A stretch of DNA of 64,000 nucleotides, from contig CAYPEY010000005.1 in the NCBI GenBank assembly GCA_964409955.1, positions 700 through 64,699 on the forward strand. Reading direction: 5' to 3'. The notes below the pieces were generated by a model. The model saw only the letters and a list, made by a program, of their open reading frames with translations, had not been told where the DNA came from and ran no database searches. The translations under genes were made by a program, and so were the position numbers. Positions 1-8,213 of this stretch are shown piece after piece. This stretch comes from an uncultured Staphylococcaceae bacterium. Lineage in GTDB: Bacteria > Bacillota_I > Bacilli_A > ML615J-28 > CAG-313. Within the stretch, counting starts at the first letter, position 1, and each line of letters opens with the position of its first letter.

Positions 1-565
1 GAAAGTGTAGTAACTAATCCTACATGTGAATCACAAGGGTATACAACTCATACATGTACAAGATGTGATGATGAATATGTAGATTCATATACAAATGAAC
101 TTGGACATAATTATGGAACAGTAACATATACATGGTCAACTGATAACAAAACAGTTAAAGGAACAAGAACATGTCAAAATGATTCAACACATAAAGAAAC
201 AGAAACAGTAAATTCAGTATATAGTATAGTAAATAATCCAACATGTACAGAAAAAGGATTAGGTAAATATACAGTAACATTTACAAATGTAGCATTCACA
301 ACTCAAACAAAAGAAGTAGAAATAACTTCTTTAGGACATGATTATGAAAGTGTAGTAACTAATCCTATATGTGAGGAACAGGGATATACAACTCATACAT
401 GTACAAAATGTGATGATGAATATGTAGATACATTTGTGAATAAACTTTGTCATAGTTATGAGAGTGTTATAACTGAACCAACATGTACAGAACAAGGCTA
501 TACTACTCATGTATGTACAAGATGTAATAATGAATATGTAGATTCTTACAGTTCAGCATTAGGAC
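1..565 (+). repeat. Intragenic direct repeats encoding the Cys-rich module (copies near 1-110, 346-450 and 460-565)
   Basis: Bases 1-90 and 346-435 are near-identical at nucleotide level (gaaagtgtagtaactaatcctaYatgtga...gatgatgaatatgtagat). The third copy is more diverged. Confidence 0.8.
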
Positions 566-783
566 ATATAGAAAGCGACTGGATTATAGATGAAGAAGCA
601 AAAAAGAGAAAAGAAGGGCATAAACATACTGAATGCAATGTTTGTGGCAAGATTTTACGAGAAGAAGTAATTCCTGCAACAAGGAAAAAACTTTGTTCTA
701 AAACAGATGCTACTCAACTTGTTTACTTCTTAAGCTTAACTATGAGCTCTCTAGCGCTTGCTTTCTTTAGAAAAAGAAAATAA
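1..783 (+). CDS. C-terminal part of a Cys-rich-repeat cell-surface protein (5' end lies outside the window)
   Basis: Frame 1 is open from base 1 (ESVVTNPTCESQGYTTHTCTRCDDEYVDSY...) and runs into tracked ORF 436..783. It has three copies of a motif (V/I)TxPxCxxxGYTTHxCxxCxxEYVD. It ends in a hydrophobic helix LVYFLSLTMSSLALAFF plus an RKRK tail, with no canonical LPXTG. Confidence 0.7.
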   Translation, partial: ESVVTNPTCESQGYTTHTCTRCDDEYVDSYTNELGHNYGTVTYTWSTDNKTVKGTRTCQNDSTHKETETVNSVYSIVNNPTCTEKGLGKYTVTFTNVAFTTQTKEVEITSLGHDYESVVTNPICEEQGYTTHTCTKCDDEYVDTFVNKLCHSYESVITEPTCTEQGYTTHVCTRCNNEYVDSYSSALGHIESDWIIDEEAKKRKEGHKHTECNVCGKILREEVIPATRKKLCSKTDATQLVYFLSLTMSSLALAFFRKRK

Positions 784-794
784 TTGTTGAGTAA

Positions 795-830
795 AAAAAC
801 AAACCAAGCTTAATTGCTTGGTTTATTTTC
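795..830. terminator. Bidirectional intrinsic terminator between the surface-protein gene and rnhC
   Basis: Stem aaaccaagc (801-809) pairs with gcttggttt (816-824) around loop ttaatt, with an A-run upstream and a T-run downstream. Confidence 0.7.
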
Positions 831-1793
831 ATTATAGATACTTCCTTGTCTAGATTTAGGAAGTGGGTTATTCATAAAGTAATTTTTAATACGTTCAGTG
901 TTTGCAAATTTAAATTTTGCGACTTTTTTAAGGGAATCCCAACCAAAAGATTTTACAAATGCAATAGCATTTCTATCAACTTCAGGTCCTGCACCTTTCA
1001 AGAAGTTTAAATCATATTCTTTAGACATCTTTGAAAGTTCTCTTAAGAAAGTAACTCTTGCAAGGATAGATGCTGCAGCAATACTCATGTGAGCTTTCTC
1101 TCCTTGCTTGATCATTGTAACATTTTCTATCAAATCTTTAGTTGAATGAAGATATTCTAGATACTTTTCTTTAGGTGTAAATTCATCGATTAGAATAGCG
1201 TCGCACTTTACATTTTCGATCTTTTTTAGTATACTATTTATAACTTTGTTGTGCAAATATGCTTTAACAAAGTTAAGATTGTCTTGTTTAGCAGTTAAAG
1301 CATTAAATTTAGATGGATCTAATATTACGATGGCATAAGGAATCATACTAGCAAGTTTAATTCCTAGTGGAATCATTTGTTTATCAGTTAAAAGTTTAGA
1401 GTCTTTTACTCCTAGATGGCGTAATTTTTCAGACATTTCCTGATCAACATAAGTAGCACATACTACAATTGGACCAAAATAATCACCTGTTCCAACTTCA
1501 TCACTACCTACTGCATTTAACATTGAGATGTTATTATTAATAGGTGTTTCTAAAACGGCAGTTTCAAGTCCAAATTTTTCAGCCCAAATGTTGTATTCAT
1601 TTGTTTCATCGATACCTTGAAATAATACTACATTAGTGCGGTAAAAAGTAATTGTACTGCTTGCAAGCTTAGCTCTTGCAATAATGTAATTACTTGCATT
1701 GTATGTTAGATAGCCTTGATAATATTCTAACATTTCATTGATTTGTTCGGACGTGGCATTAATTCTATGAGTAGTATTTGTTTGATTGTTCAT
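810..1793 (-). CDS. rnhC: Ribonuclease HIII
   Basis: 327 aa. N-terminal RNase HIII-specific domain followed by the catalytic core GSDEVGTGDYFGPIVV. SD ggaaggtg lies upstream of the ATG. Adjacent to mutS2, as in Bacillus. Confidence 0.9.
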   Translation of the reverse strand: MNNQTNTTHRINATSEQINEMLEYYQGYLTYNASNYIIARAKLASSTITFYRTNVVLFQGIDETNEYNIWAEKFGLETAVLETPINNNISMLNAVGSDEVGTGDYFGPIVVCATYVDQEMSEKLRHLGVKDSKLLTDKQMIPLGIKLASMIPYAIVILDPSKFNALTAKQDNLNFVKAYLHNKVINSILKKIENVKCDAILIDEFTPKEKYLEYLHSTKDLIENVTMIKQGEKAHMSIAAASILARVTFLRELSKMSKEYDLNFLKGAGPEVDRNAIAFVKSFGWDSLKKVAKFKFANTERIKNYFMNNPLPKSRQGSIYNENKPSN

Positions 1794-1902
1794 CTAAATC
1801 ACCTTCCAACTATATTATAACAAAAAATAAAAAAGTTTTGTTAAAATTTAATAAAAAAAAGTTTAAAAAATTTTTAACAAAAATTAGAAAGGAGTTCTCA
1901 TT

Positions 1903-4245
1903 ATGGATAATAAATTAGCTTTTTATAAATTACAAATGGATGTAATTTTAGAAAAACTTAGTGATTTTGCAATAATACCGAAGACTAAAAAGTTGATTGA
2001 TAATTTAAAACCATCAAGCGATATACTAGGTATCAAAGAAGAACTAGATCATACAGATGAATGTTTAAGAATTTTATATCGAGTTGAAAGAGCTCCAATT
2101 TGTATAAGTTCTGATTACGATAAAATATTAAAACTTGCAAGTAGGGATGCAATAATCCCCGCAATCGATCTATATGAAACTGTTAAGCTGTTTCAAACTG
2201 TTAAAGCTTGTGAAAAACATTTAGCAAATCTTCAAAAAGAACAAATAGAATGTGAATTTTATGCAAGTTTAGTAGAAGGCTTAATAGTTCTTGAATACCT
2301 AGAATCAAAACTTGTGAAATCAATTGATGAAAATGGTTATGTCTTAGATGAAGCAAGTCCAACTCTTAAATCTATCAGACGAAAAATTGCTCAAATTGAT
2401 GCTTCTATTAAGCATAAACTTCAAGAAATTATCGCAAAAGAAGGCGCAAAACTTAGTCAAACAAGCGTCGTGCTTCGAGATAATAGATATTGTTTAGCAG
2501 TAAGAAGTGAATATAAAAATCAAATTAAAGGGGTAGTGCTTGATACTTCCGCAAGCCAGCAAACATGTTTTATTGAACCACTTATTGTTGGACAACTTAT
2601 GAGTGATAAAAATCGCTTATATGAAGAAGAAAAAGAAGAAATTAATAAAATTATAAAAGAATTATCTTTAATGATAAGTGAAAATGTAGAAATATTAGAT
2701 GTTAATTTTCAAAATATTTGTAAAATTGACTATGTTTTTGCAAAAGCAATGCTAGCTATGAGTTATGATGGTAATAAACCAAATATTAACGATAATGCAA
2801 GACTTAATTTAGTAAATGCAAGACATCCTTTATTAAAGGTTAAAAAAGTAATACCTAATAATGTAAGTTTTGGTAAAGATTATTTAGGTATTATCGTAAC
2901 AGGACCTAATACTGGTGGTAAAACAGTGTTATTAAAAACTGTTGGTTTACTTTGCATGATGGTAAAATATGGATTATTAATTCCTGCTGATGAAACTAGT
3001 GATGTGATGATTTTTGATCAAATATTCTGTGATATTGGTGATGATCAAAGTATCGAAAGTAATTTATCGACTTTTTCATCACATATGAATAATATAACTA
3101 ACATTATTAATAATGTATCAAAAAAATCTTTAGTATTATTTGATGAAATAGGATCTGGTACTGATCCAGTTGAGGGAACAAATCTTGCAAAAGCAATACT
3201 TAAATATTTAATTAATAATGAGGTAAGCTTTATTACAACTACTCACTATTCAGAATTAAAAGCTTTTGCTTTTGAGAATCCTTTAATTATAAATGCTTCA
3301 ATGGAATTTGATCAAAACACTTTGTCTCCTACATATAAATTAAATTTAGGTGTAACGGGTTCTAGTAATGCATTTAATATTGCAAGAAAATTAGGCCTTA
3401 AAAAAGAAATCATTGAAGATGCTAAAATGATGGCATCGACAAAAAATGATGATTCTAGAAGGTTAATTTTAAAACTTGAAAAACAATCAAAAGAACTTGA
3501 AGATATAAAGAAGGAATATCTTGCAAAGACAATTGAAGCTGATAATATAAAAAGAGAATTTACTAAAAAGAGTGAAATTCTTGATAAAGAAAAGAATAAG
3601 ATTCTTAAAAAAGCTCAAGAAGAAGCAGACGAATTTGTCGATAAAGTTTCTAAAGAAGCTCTTGACATATTAGAAAAAGCTCATGATATTAAGAAAAACG
3701 ATGCTAAACTTCATCAAATTATCGAAGCAAAGCATCAGGTTAATTCTATTAATACAACAATTAAAAAAGAAAAGAAACCAAAGAAAATAAATAATATAAC
3801 ACTAGATGTTGGTGTAGATGTTTATATTCCGTCATACGATCAATATGGTATAATTGATAAAAAGTTAAATAATGGTTCATATGTTGTAAGTGTAGGAAAT
3901 ATGACACTTACTTTAAAAGCAAATCAACTTGAATCAGTTGAAAAACAAGTAGAGGTTCAAAAAAGCCAATCAAATATCGGTTATTCAGTATCTAAAGCTC
4001 GTATTTCATTAACACTGGACTTAAGAGGTAAAAGATATGAGGAAGCTAAAGATTTACTTGATAAATATATTGATGATTTAATTGTTGCGGGAATTAAACA
4101 GGCTAATATCATTCATGGCTTTGGAACTGGTGTTATTAGAGAACTCGTTAGAAACTATTTGAAAAATAATAAAAATGTTGATTCTTACCGATATGGTGGA
4201 GAAAATGAAGGAGGTTTAGGGGTAACAGTTGTTGTCCTAAAATAA
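1903..4245 (+). CDS. mutS2: Endonuclease MutS2 (MutS ATPase domain plus C-terminal Smr domain)
   Basis: 780 aa. Walker A GPNTGGKTVLLKTVGL, Walker B LVLFDEIGSGTDP and a C-terminal Smr region LDLRGKRYEEA...HGFGTGV. SD aaaggag. Confidence 0.95.
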   Translation: MDNKLAFYKLQMDVILEKLSDFAIIPKTKKLIDNLKPSSDILGIKEELDHTDECLRILYRVERAPICISSDYDKILKLASRDAIIPAIDLYETVKLFQTVKACEKHLANLQKEQIECEFYASLVEGLIVLEYLESKLVKSIDENGYVLDEASPTLKSIRRKIAQIDASIKHKLQEIIAKEGAKLSQTSVVLRDNRYCLAVRSEYKNQIKGVVLDTSASQQTCFIEPLIVGQLMSDKNRLYEEEKEEINKIIKELSLMISENVEILDVNFQNICKIDYVFAKAMLAMSYDGNKPNINDNARLNLVNARHPLLKVKKVIPNNVSFGKDYLGIIVTGPNTGGKTVLLKTVGLLCMMVKYGLLIPADETSDVMIFDQIFCDIGDDQSIESNLSTFSSHMNNITNIINNVSKKSLVLFDEIGSGTDPVEGTNLAKAILKYLINNEVSFITTTHYSELKAFAFENPLIINASMEFDQNTLSPTYKLNLGVTGSSNAFNIARKLGLKKEIIEDAKMMASTKNDDSRRLILKLEKQSKELEDIKKEYLAKTIEADNIKREFTKKSEILDKEKNKILKKAQEEADEFVDKVSKEALDILEKAHDIKKNDAKLHQIIEAKHQVNSINTTIKKEKKPKKINNITLDVGVDVYIPSYDQYGIIDKKLNNGSYVVSVGNMTLTLKANQLESVEKQVEVQKSQSNIGYSVSKARISLTLDLRGKRYEEAKDLLDKYIDDLIVAGIKQANIIHGFGTGVIRELVRNYLKNNKNVDSYRYGGENEGGLGVTVVVLK

Positions 4246-4246
4246 T

Positions 4247-4561
4247 ATGGATATAAAAGACATTCAAAATAGTAATATTGATTTACTTTTACAAAAAGAT
4301 AAATTAATAATTTTAGAATTTTATACTTCTTGGTGTCCTACTTGTAAAATGGTAGCAATCACTTTAGAAGAATTTGAAGAAGAGAATCCTGATGTTTTTA
4401 TTCTTCAAGTAAATGCTGATGAGAACAAGGAACTTGCATCTGTTTATAAAGTTAGAACAGCACCGACTCTTTTATTTATCAAAAAAGGAAAAGTTTTAGA
4501 AACTTATAACGGCTTTATTGATATTGATGAGTTAATAGAACTTGTAAATAACTTAAATTGA
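4247..4561 (+). CDS. Thioredoxin-family protein (CPTC active site)
   Basis: 104 aa. WCPTCK redox motif at the thioredoxin position. The start is 1 nt after the mutS2 stop. Confidence 0.8.
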   Translation: MDIKDIQNSNIDLLLQKDKLIILEFYTSWCPTCKMVAITLEEFEEENPDVFILQVNADENKELASVYKVRTAPTLLFIKKGKVLETYNGFIDIDELIELVNNLN

Positions 4562-4635
4562 AAAAAAATTATATAATTGCTTCTCATTTTATTTAAAAAG
4601 TGGTATACTATTAGTGTATAGGAGGTTCGAGAGAT

Positions 4636-5370
4636 ATGAATTTACAAGAAAAAAGAAATTATGTATTAGAAAATGTAGGATGCGTACCGGCTGAGGAATT
4701 AAAAGCATTTAATTTTAATTTAGCTTGCGTATTAACAAAGAACTCAGTAGGCATGGAAAGTGGTAAAACTGCATCACTTGAAGAAGTTGTATCTATTATT
4801 AAAGGTTACAATGTAAAAGTTGATGAAACTTTAAAAAGAAGTGTTTACAACTATTATAAAGCCTATAATATGGTTCTTGAATATTTAGAAAAGAACGAAA
4901 ATAAGGATTTAACAGAAGATTTCTTAAAAGATTTACATGCACAAATCATGAATGGTTTACTAGATGATGGTGGACTATATCGTAATGTAAATATTAAAAT
5001 TAATGGTTCTAACCATGTTCCATGTGACCATATTAAATTATATGATCGTATGGCAAAATATTTTAATGATGTAAATGGAAGAGAAACTGATAGTATGGCT
5101 GAGATCGCTTATGCACACTTACAACTTGCAAAACTTCATCCATTCCTAGATGGTAACGGAAGACTTGCACGTCTTGTATTAAATTTCTTCTTAATTAAAA
5201 ATGGATACTTACCAATTAGTATCAAGACAAAACGTCGTTTAGAATATTTTGATTTATTAGAAACTTTTAAAGTTGAAAAGAATCCTGTTCCTTTTGAAAA
5301 CTTCCTTGAAGATTTAGTAAGTCGTGAATATGATCGATTAATTGATTTAATCAATCATTTCAAAAAATAA
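4636..5370 (+). CDS. Fic/DOC family protein (canonical active site)
   Basis: 244 aa. Intact Fic motif HPFLDGNGRLAR. SD aggagg. Confidence 0.9.
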   Translation: MNLQEKRNYVLENVGCVPAEELKAFNFNLACVLTKNSVGMESGKTASLEEVVSIIKGYNVKVDETLKRSVYNYYKAYNMVLEYLEKNENKDLTEDFLKDLHAQIMNGLLDDGGLYRNVNIKINGSNHVPCDHIKLYDRMAKYFNDVNGRETDSMAEIAYAHLQLAKLHPFLDGNGRLARLVLNFFLIKNGYLPISIKTKRRLEYFDLLETFKVEKNPVPFENFLEDLVSREYDRLIDLINHFKK

Positions 5371-5402
5371 TACATTTATATTTCTCTTAAAAATATTAAA
5401 AA

Positions 5403-5436
5403 ACGATAATCATTTATAGTTGATTATCGTTTTTTT
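5403..5436 (+). terminator. Intrinsic terminator after the fic gene
   Basis: Perfect 10-bp stem acgataatca/tgattatcgt with an 8-nt loop, followed by T6. Confidence 0.8.
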
Positions 5437-5518
5437 CATGCTCTTTAAATTAATTAATCGTTTTACTTTCAAAAAAATGGTAAATTTGATATAATATTAT
5501 CAAGGAAAGAAGGAAATT

Positions 5519-6079
5519 ATGTTAGATAACCAAGTTCAAATCATTAGTTACAAACATAATGGTGTTCTTCATAGAGTTTGGCAATGTGCTTATGTAATAA
5601 GACAAACAAGCGATGTTATTGTAGTAGTAAATGATCATACTAACGTAATCGATGGTGATGGTCGAAGATGGAAAACAAAAGAACCAGCAGTATGTTATTT
5701 TTTTAAAAACTATTGGTTCAATATTATTTGTATGTTAAGAAATAATGGAATTTACTATTATTGTAACCTTAGTTCACCTTATGTTAAGGATTCTGAGGGG
5801 ATAAAGTATATTGATTATGATCTTGATGTTAAAGTTTTTCCTAGTGGTGATAAGATTATTCTTGACCGTGATGAATTTGAATTTAATAAAATTGATTATG
5901 GATATCCAGAAAAACTAGTTACTATTATTGAAAATGAATTACAAATTCTTTTAAAACGTATTGATAATAATGTACTTGCTTTTGATAAAGAAGTAGTTAT
6001 GAAAGATTTTGAAATTTACCAAAACTTAAAAAAACAAATAGATCGTAAGAAAAAGAAATCTCCAAAACAAAAAAAATAA
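5519..6079 (+). CDS. ntdp: Nucleoside tri/diphosphate phosphatase, UPF0374/DUF402 (YgaC/Ntdp-like)
   Basis: 186 aa. SYKHNGVLHRVWQ...YYYCNLSSP...IDYDLDVKVFPSG is typical of the family. Confidence 0.8.
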   Translation: MLDNQVQIISYKHNGVLHRVWQCAYVIRQTSDVIVVVNDHTNVIDGDGRRWKTKEPAVCYFFKNYWFNIICMLRNNGIYYYCNLSSPYVKDSEGIKYIDYDLDVKVFPSGDKIILDRDEFEFNKIDYGYPEKLVTIIENELQILLKRIDNNVLAFDKEVVMKDFEIYQNLKKQIDRKKKKSPKQKK

Positions 6080-6092
6080 TGTTGTCGCATTT

Positions 6093-6121
6093 GCAACTTA
6101 TAAAATAAGTTGCTTTTTTTC
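6093..6121 (+). terminator. Intrinsic terminator after ntdp
   Basis: Stem gcaactta/taagttgc with loop taaaa, followed by T7. Confidence 0.75.
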
Positions 6122-6159
6122 TTGGCAAAAATTCGCAAAAGTTATATAATTTTTGCGAA
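6122..6159 (+). promoter_or_regulatory. Sigma-A-type promoter of the AbiEi-like gene, with an inverted-repeat operator
   Basis: TTGGCA (6122-6127), 17-bp spacer, TATAAT (6145-6150). A perfect 9-bp inverted repeat ttcgcaaaa (6132-6140) / ttttgcgaa (6151-6159) brackets the -10 box. Confidence 0.65.
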
Positions 6160-6168
6160 GGTGTTATT

Positions 6169-6765
6169 ATGGAATCTGTAAAAAAACAATTGTTAAAAAA
6201 AATTCAATCATTAAAATTTAAGGCATTTACATCTGCTGATTTTTTAGATATAGCTAACTATAAAAGTATTAGTAAAGCACTAGAACAGTTAGAAGATAAA
6301 AAAGAAATAAGAAGAGTAATTAGGGGTGTATATGATTTTCCTAAGAAAAGTGATGTATTTCAAATAGAGGAAGCTCCTAATATAGAAGAGATAGCTAATG
6401 CTATAGCTAGACAATATAATTGGAATATTTGTCCAAGTGGTAATTTTGCGTTAAATTTGATCGGTATTAGTACACAAGTCCCATCTAAATATATTTTTGT
6501 GAGTAATGGACCTTATAGAAAGTATTTAATTGGAAAAAATGTGTTAGAATTTAAACATTCAACTTCTAAAGAAATAAATGCATTACCTTATAATATATTA
6601 TTAATTATTCAAACTTTTAAAGTGTTAGGAAAAGATTATGAATGTAATTCTTATGAAATGCAAAAAATGAAAAATGTTTTAAAAGGTTATGAAGATTTCA
6701 TTAAAAATAATAAATATAATATTACATCATGGATATATGAAAAAATATTTAAATTGATTGATTAG
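6169..6765 (+). CDS. AbiEi-type antitoxin-like protein (DUF6088 family)
   Basis: 198 aa. RRVIRGVYDFPKKS...CPSGNFALNLIGISTQVP...YIFVSNGPYRKYLIGKNVLEFKHS matches my recollection of DUF6088/AbiEi N-terminal wHTH proteins. Confidence 0.75.
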   Translation: MESVKKQLLKKIQSLKFKAFTSADFLDIANYKSISKALEQLEDKKEIRRVIRGVYDFPKKSDVFQIEEAPNIEEIANAIARQYNWNICPSGNFALNLIGISTQVPSKYIFVSNGPYRKYLIGKNVLEFKHSTSKEINALPYNILLIIQTFKVLGKDYECNSYEMQKMKNVLKGYEDFIKNNKYNITSWIYEKIFKLID

Positions 6766-6790
6766 AAGAATAAAAATTTCTCTTATATCT

Positions 6791-6818
6791 TTACAAATTA
6801 ACCATTTTTTAGTATAAT
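6791..6818 (+). promoter_or_regulatory. Orphan sigma-A-like promoter downstream of the AbiEi gene
   Basis: TTACAA (6791-6796), 16-bp spacer, TATAAT (6813-6818). Confidence 0.45.
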
Positions 6819-6844
6819 TGAGATACAATATAACAAACATTTAC

Positions 6845-6909
6845 AGTCTTATTCATATCCCGTTTGTTACATAATTAAACGGGTAAAGAATAGGGCTTTT
6901 TTGTTTTTT
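6845..6909 (+). terminator. Two-tier hairpin with a T-run (intrinsic terminator or attenuator)
   Basis: Outer stem agtcttattc (6845-6854) pairs with gaatagggct (6888-6897). Inner stem cccgttt (6859-6865) pairs with aaacggg (6877-6883). Followed by ttttttgtttttt. Confidence 0.6.
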
Positions 6910-6927
6910 AGAATAATAGGGGGGCTT

Positions 6928-7065
6928 ATGTATAAATTTGCAAAAATTAATAATATCGAAAAGGATATAGTTTATGGAAAAGTTGCTTTTGAAAAGAATA
7001 TCACAAAAGCAATAGTAGAAAAAGATTATTGGGTGTGTTGGTTTTTAGATTTAATTTTAGGCTAA
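6928..7065 (+). pseudogene. Truncated N-terminal remnant of an AbiEii/DUF1814 nucleotidyltransferase toxin
   Basis: A 45-codon ORF after SD agggggg: MYKFAKINNIEKDIVYGKVAFEKNITKAIVEKDYWVCWFLDLILG*. The xxIEKDYWV(T/C) block is characteristic of AbiEii N-termini. Full-length toxins are 250-300 aa. Confidence 0.45.
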
Positions 7066-7293
7066 AAACTTTTGGTATTGATGAAGAAGAACCATACATT
7101 AATAGAATTAATACAAGTCAAGACAAATATAATCAAAACATCAATAATAAAACTATAGAATTTATAAAAAATAAATTTATTTCTGATTTATTAAAAATGT
7201 TAAAAAAATTAATAGGTGAAAAAAATGATATAACAGTTGCATGGTTTATTTTTTTATTTAAACTTATTAATAACAAATGTTATAAACAAGTTC

Positions 7294-7322
7294 TTGACAG
7301 ATTTTAAATTTTATGTTATAAT
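7294..7322 (+). promoter_or_regulatory. Consensus sigma-A promoter of the HTH-DUF3990 cassette
   Basis: TTGACA (7294-7299), 17-bp spacer, TATAAT (7317-7322), with TGT forming an extended -10. Confidence 0.75.
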
Positions 7323-7346
7323 TTATTAAACATGGGGGTATTTATA

Positions 7347-8213
7347 ATGAAATTTAATGTAAGTGATGATTTAAAATGTATTAGAGAAGTATTAAAATTG
7401 TCTCAATTGGAAATCGCTAAAGAATTAGGGATAGAACAAATTACAATAACTAGAACAGAAAGCGGAAAAACTTATCCTAATTTAGAAAACATAAATAAAA
7501 TTTATGATTTTGCATATTCAAATTTAATTAAACTAAATAAGATAAAAGAAATGTTTTATTGTGAAGAACTAAAAAATAACCATAAGCTTTTATTCCATGG
7601 CGCGAAAAATGAAATTAATGGTAATATAGATTTATCACTTAGTCGCTATAATAATGATTTTGGAAGAGGTTTTTATTGCGGTGAAAATTATGGTCAATCA
7701 GCGTCTTTTGTTTCAAGATTTAAAGATTCTTCAGTATACATACTAGATTTTGATTTGACAGGATTAAAAAGTGTAGAGTTTAATGTAAATAATGAATGGA
7801 TGCTTTGTATAGCATATTTCCGTGGTAGATTAGAAAAATTTAAAAATTCTAGATTATTAAATGATATTCTAAATAGATTAAATGGTATTGATTATATTAT
7901 TGCTCCAATAGCAGATAATAGAATGTTTCAAATAATAGATACTTTTATAGATGGTGAAATTACAGATGAACAATGTAAACATTGTTTAGCAGCAACCAAT
8001 TTGGGAAAACAATATGTTTTAGTTAGTGATAAGGCAATAAATAACGTTAAAATCTTAGAAAGATGTTTTATTTCTAATCTTGAAAAGAAAGAATATAAAG
8101 AAAAAAGAAATGATGATTTGAAACTTGGTGATGATAAAGTTAAATTAGCAAGAATCCAATATAGAGGAAAGGGTCGTTATATTGACGAAATTTTAAATTA
8201 TGAAAAAAATTGA
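7347..8213 (+). CDS. XRE-family HTH fused to a DUF3990 domain
   Basis: Tracked ORF is 7332..8213. The ATG at 7347 follows SD ggggg at proper spacing. N-terminus LSQLEIAKELGIEQITITRTESGKTYP is an HTH. The core LLFHGAKNEINGNIDLSLSRYNNDFGRGFYCGENYGQSASFV is DUF3990-like. Confidence 0.7.
   Translation: MKFNVSDDLKCIREVLKLSQLEIAKELGIEQITITRTESGKTYPNLENINKIYDFAYSNLIKLNKIKEMFYCEELKNNHKLLFHGAKNEINGNIDLSLSRYNNDFGRGFYCGENYGQSASFVSRFKDSSVYILDFDLTGLKSVEFNVNNEWMLCIAYFRGRLEKFKNSRLLNDILNRLNGIDYIIAPIADNRMFQIIDTFIDGEITDEQCKHCLAATNLGKQYVLVSDKAINNVKILERCFISNLEKKEYKEKRNDDLKLGDDKVKLARIQYRGKGRYIDEILNYEKN

Noticed and set aside
898-1092. Tracked antisense or shadow ORFs inside strong CDSs. Examples: 898..1092, 5136..5354, 8193..8378, 8309..8506, 10991..11251, 13918..14184, 15821..16042, 15864..16061, 16231..16449, 17263..17478, 18599..18850, 19016..19237, 19655..19951, 21615..21875, 22355..22573, 23333..23536, 24132..24314, 24488..24688, 25989..26237, 28056..28289, 30541..30729, 32667..32864, 33242..33442, 35534..35848, 35936..36124, 36381..36597, 38287..38481, 40710..41012, 41677..41943, 43774..44061, 44108..44305, 44547..44768, 47792..48043, 49687..49926, 53190..53414, 59357..59554, 60986..61222.
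   Set aside because: Each lies within or opposite a longer ORF with clear family motifs and a proper SD. They have low-complexity or compositionally odd translations and no SD. Such ORFs are expected by chance in AT-rich DNA.
7029-7307. 92-aa ORF between the AbiEii stump and the HTH-DUF3990 gene
   Set aside because: It starts at a TTG inside the stump ORF and has no SD. Its 3' end is overlaid by the consensus promoter at 7294-7322. The translation is Asn/Lys/Ile-rich low complexity. It is probably noncoding or degraded toxin sequence.
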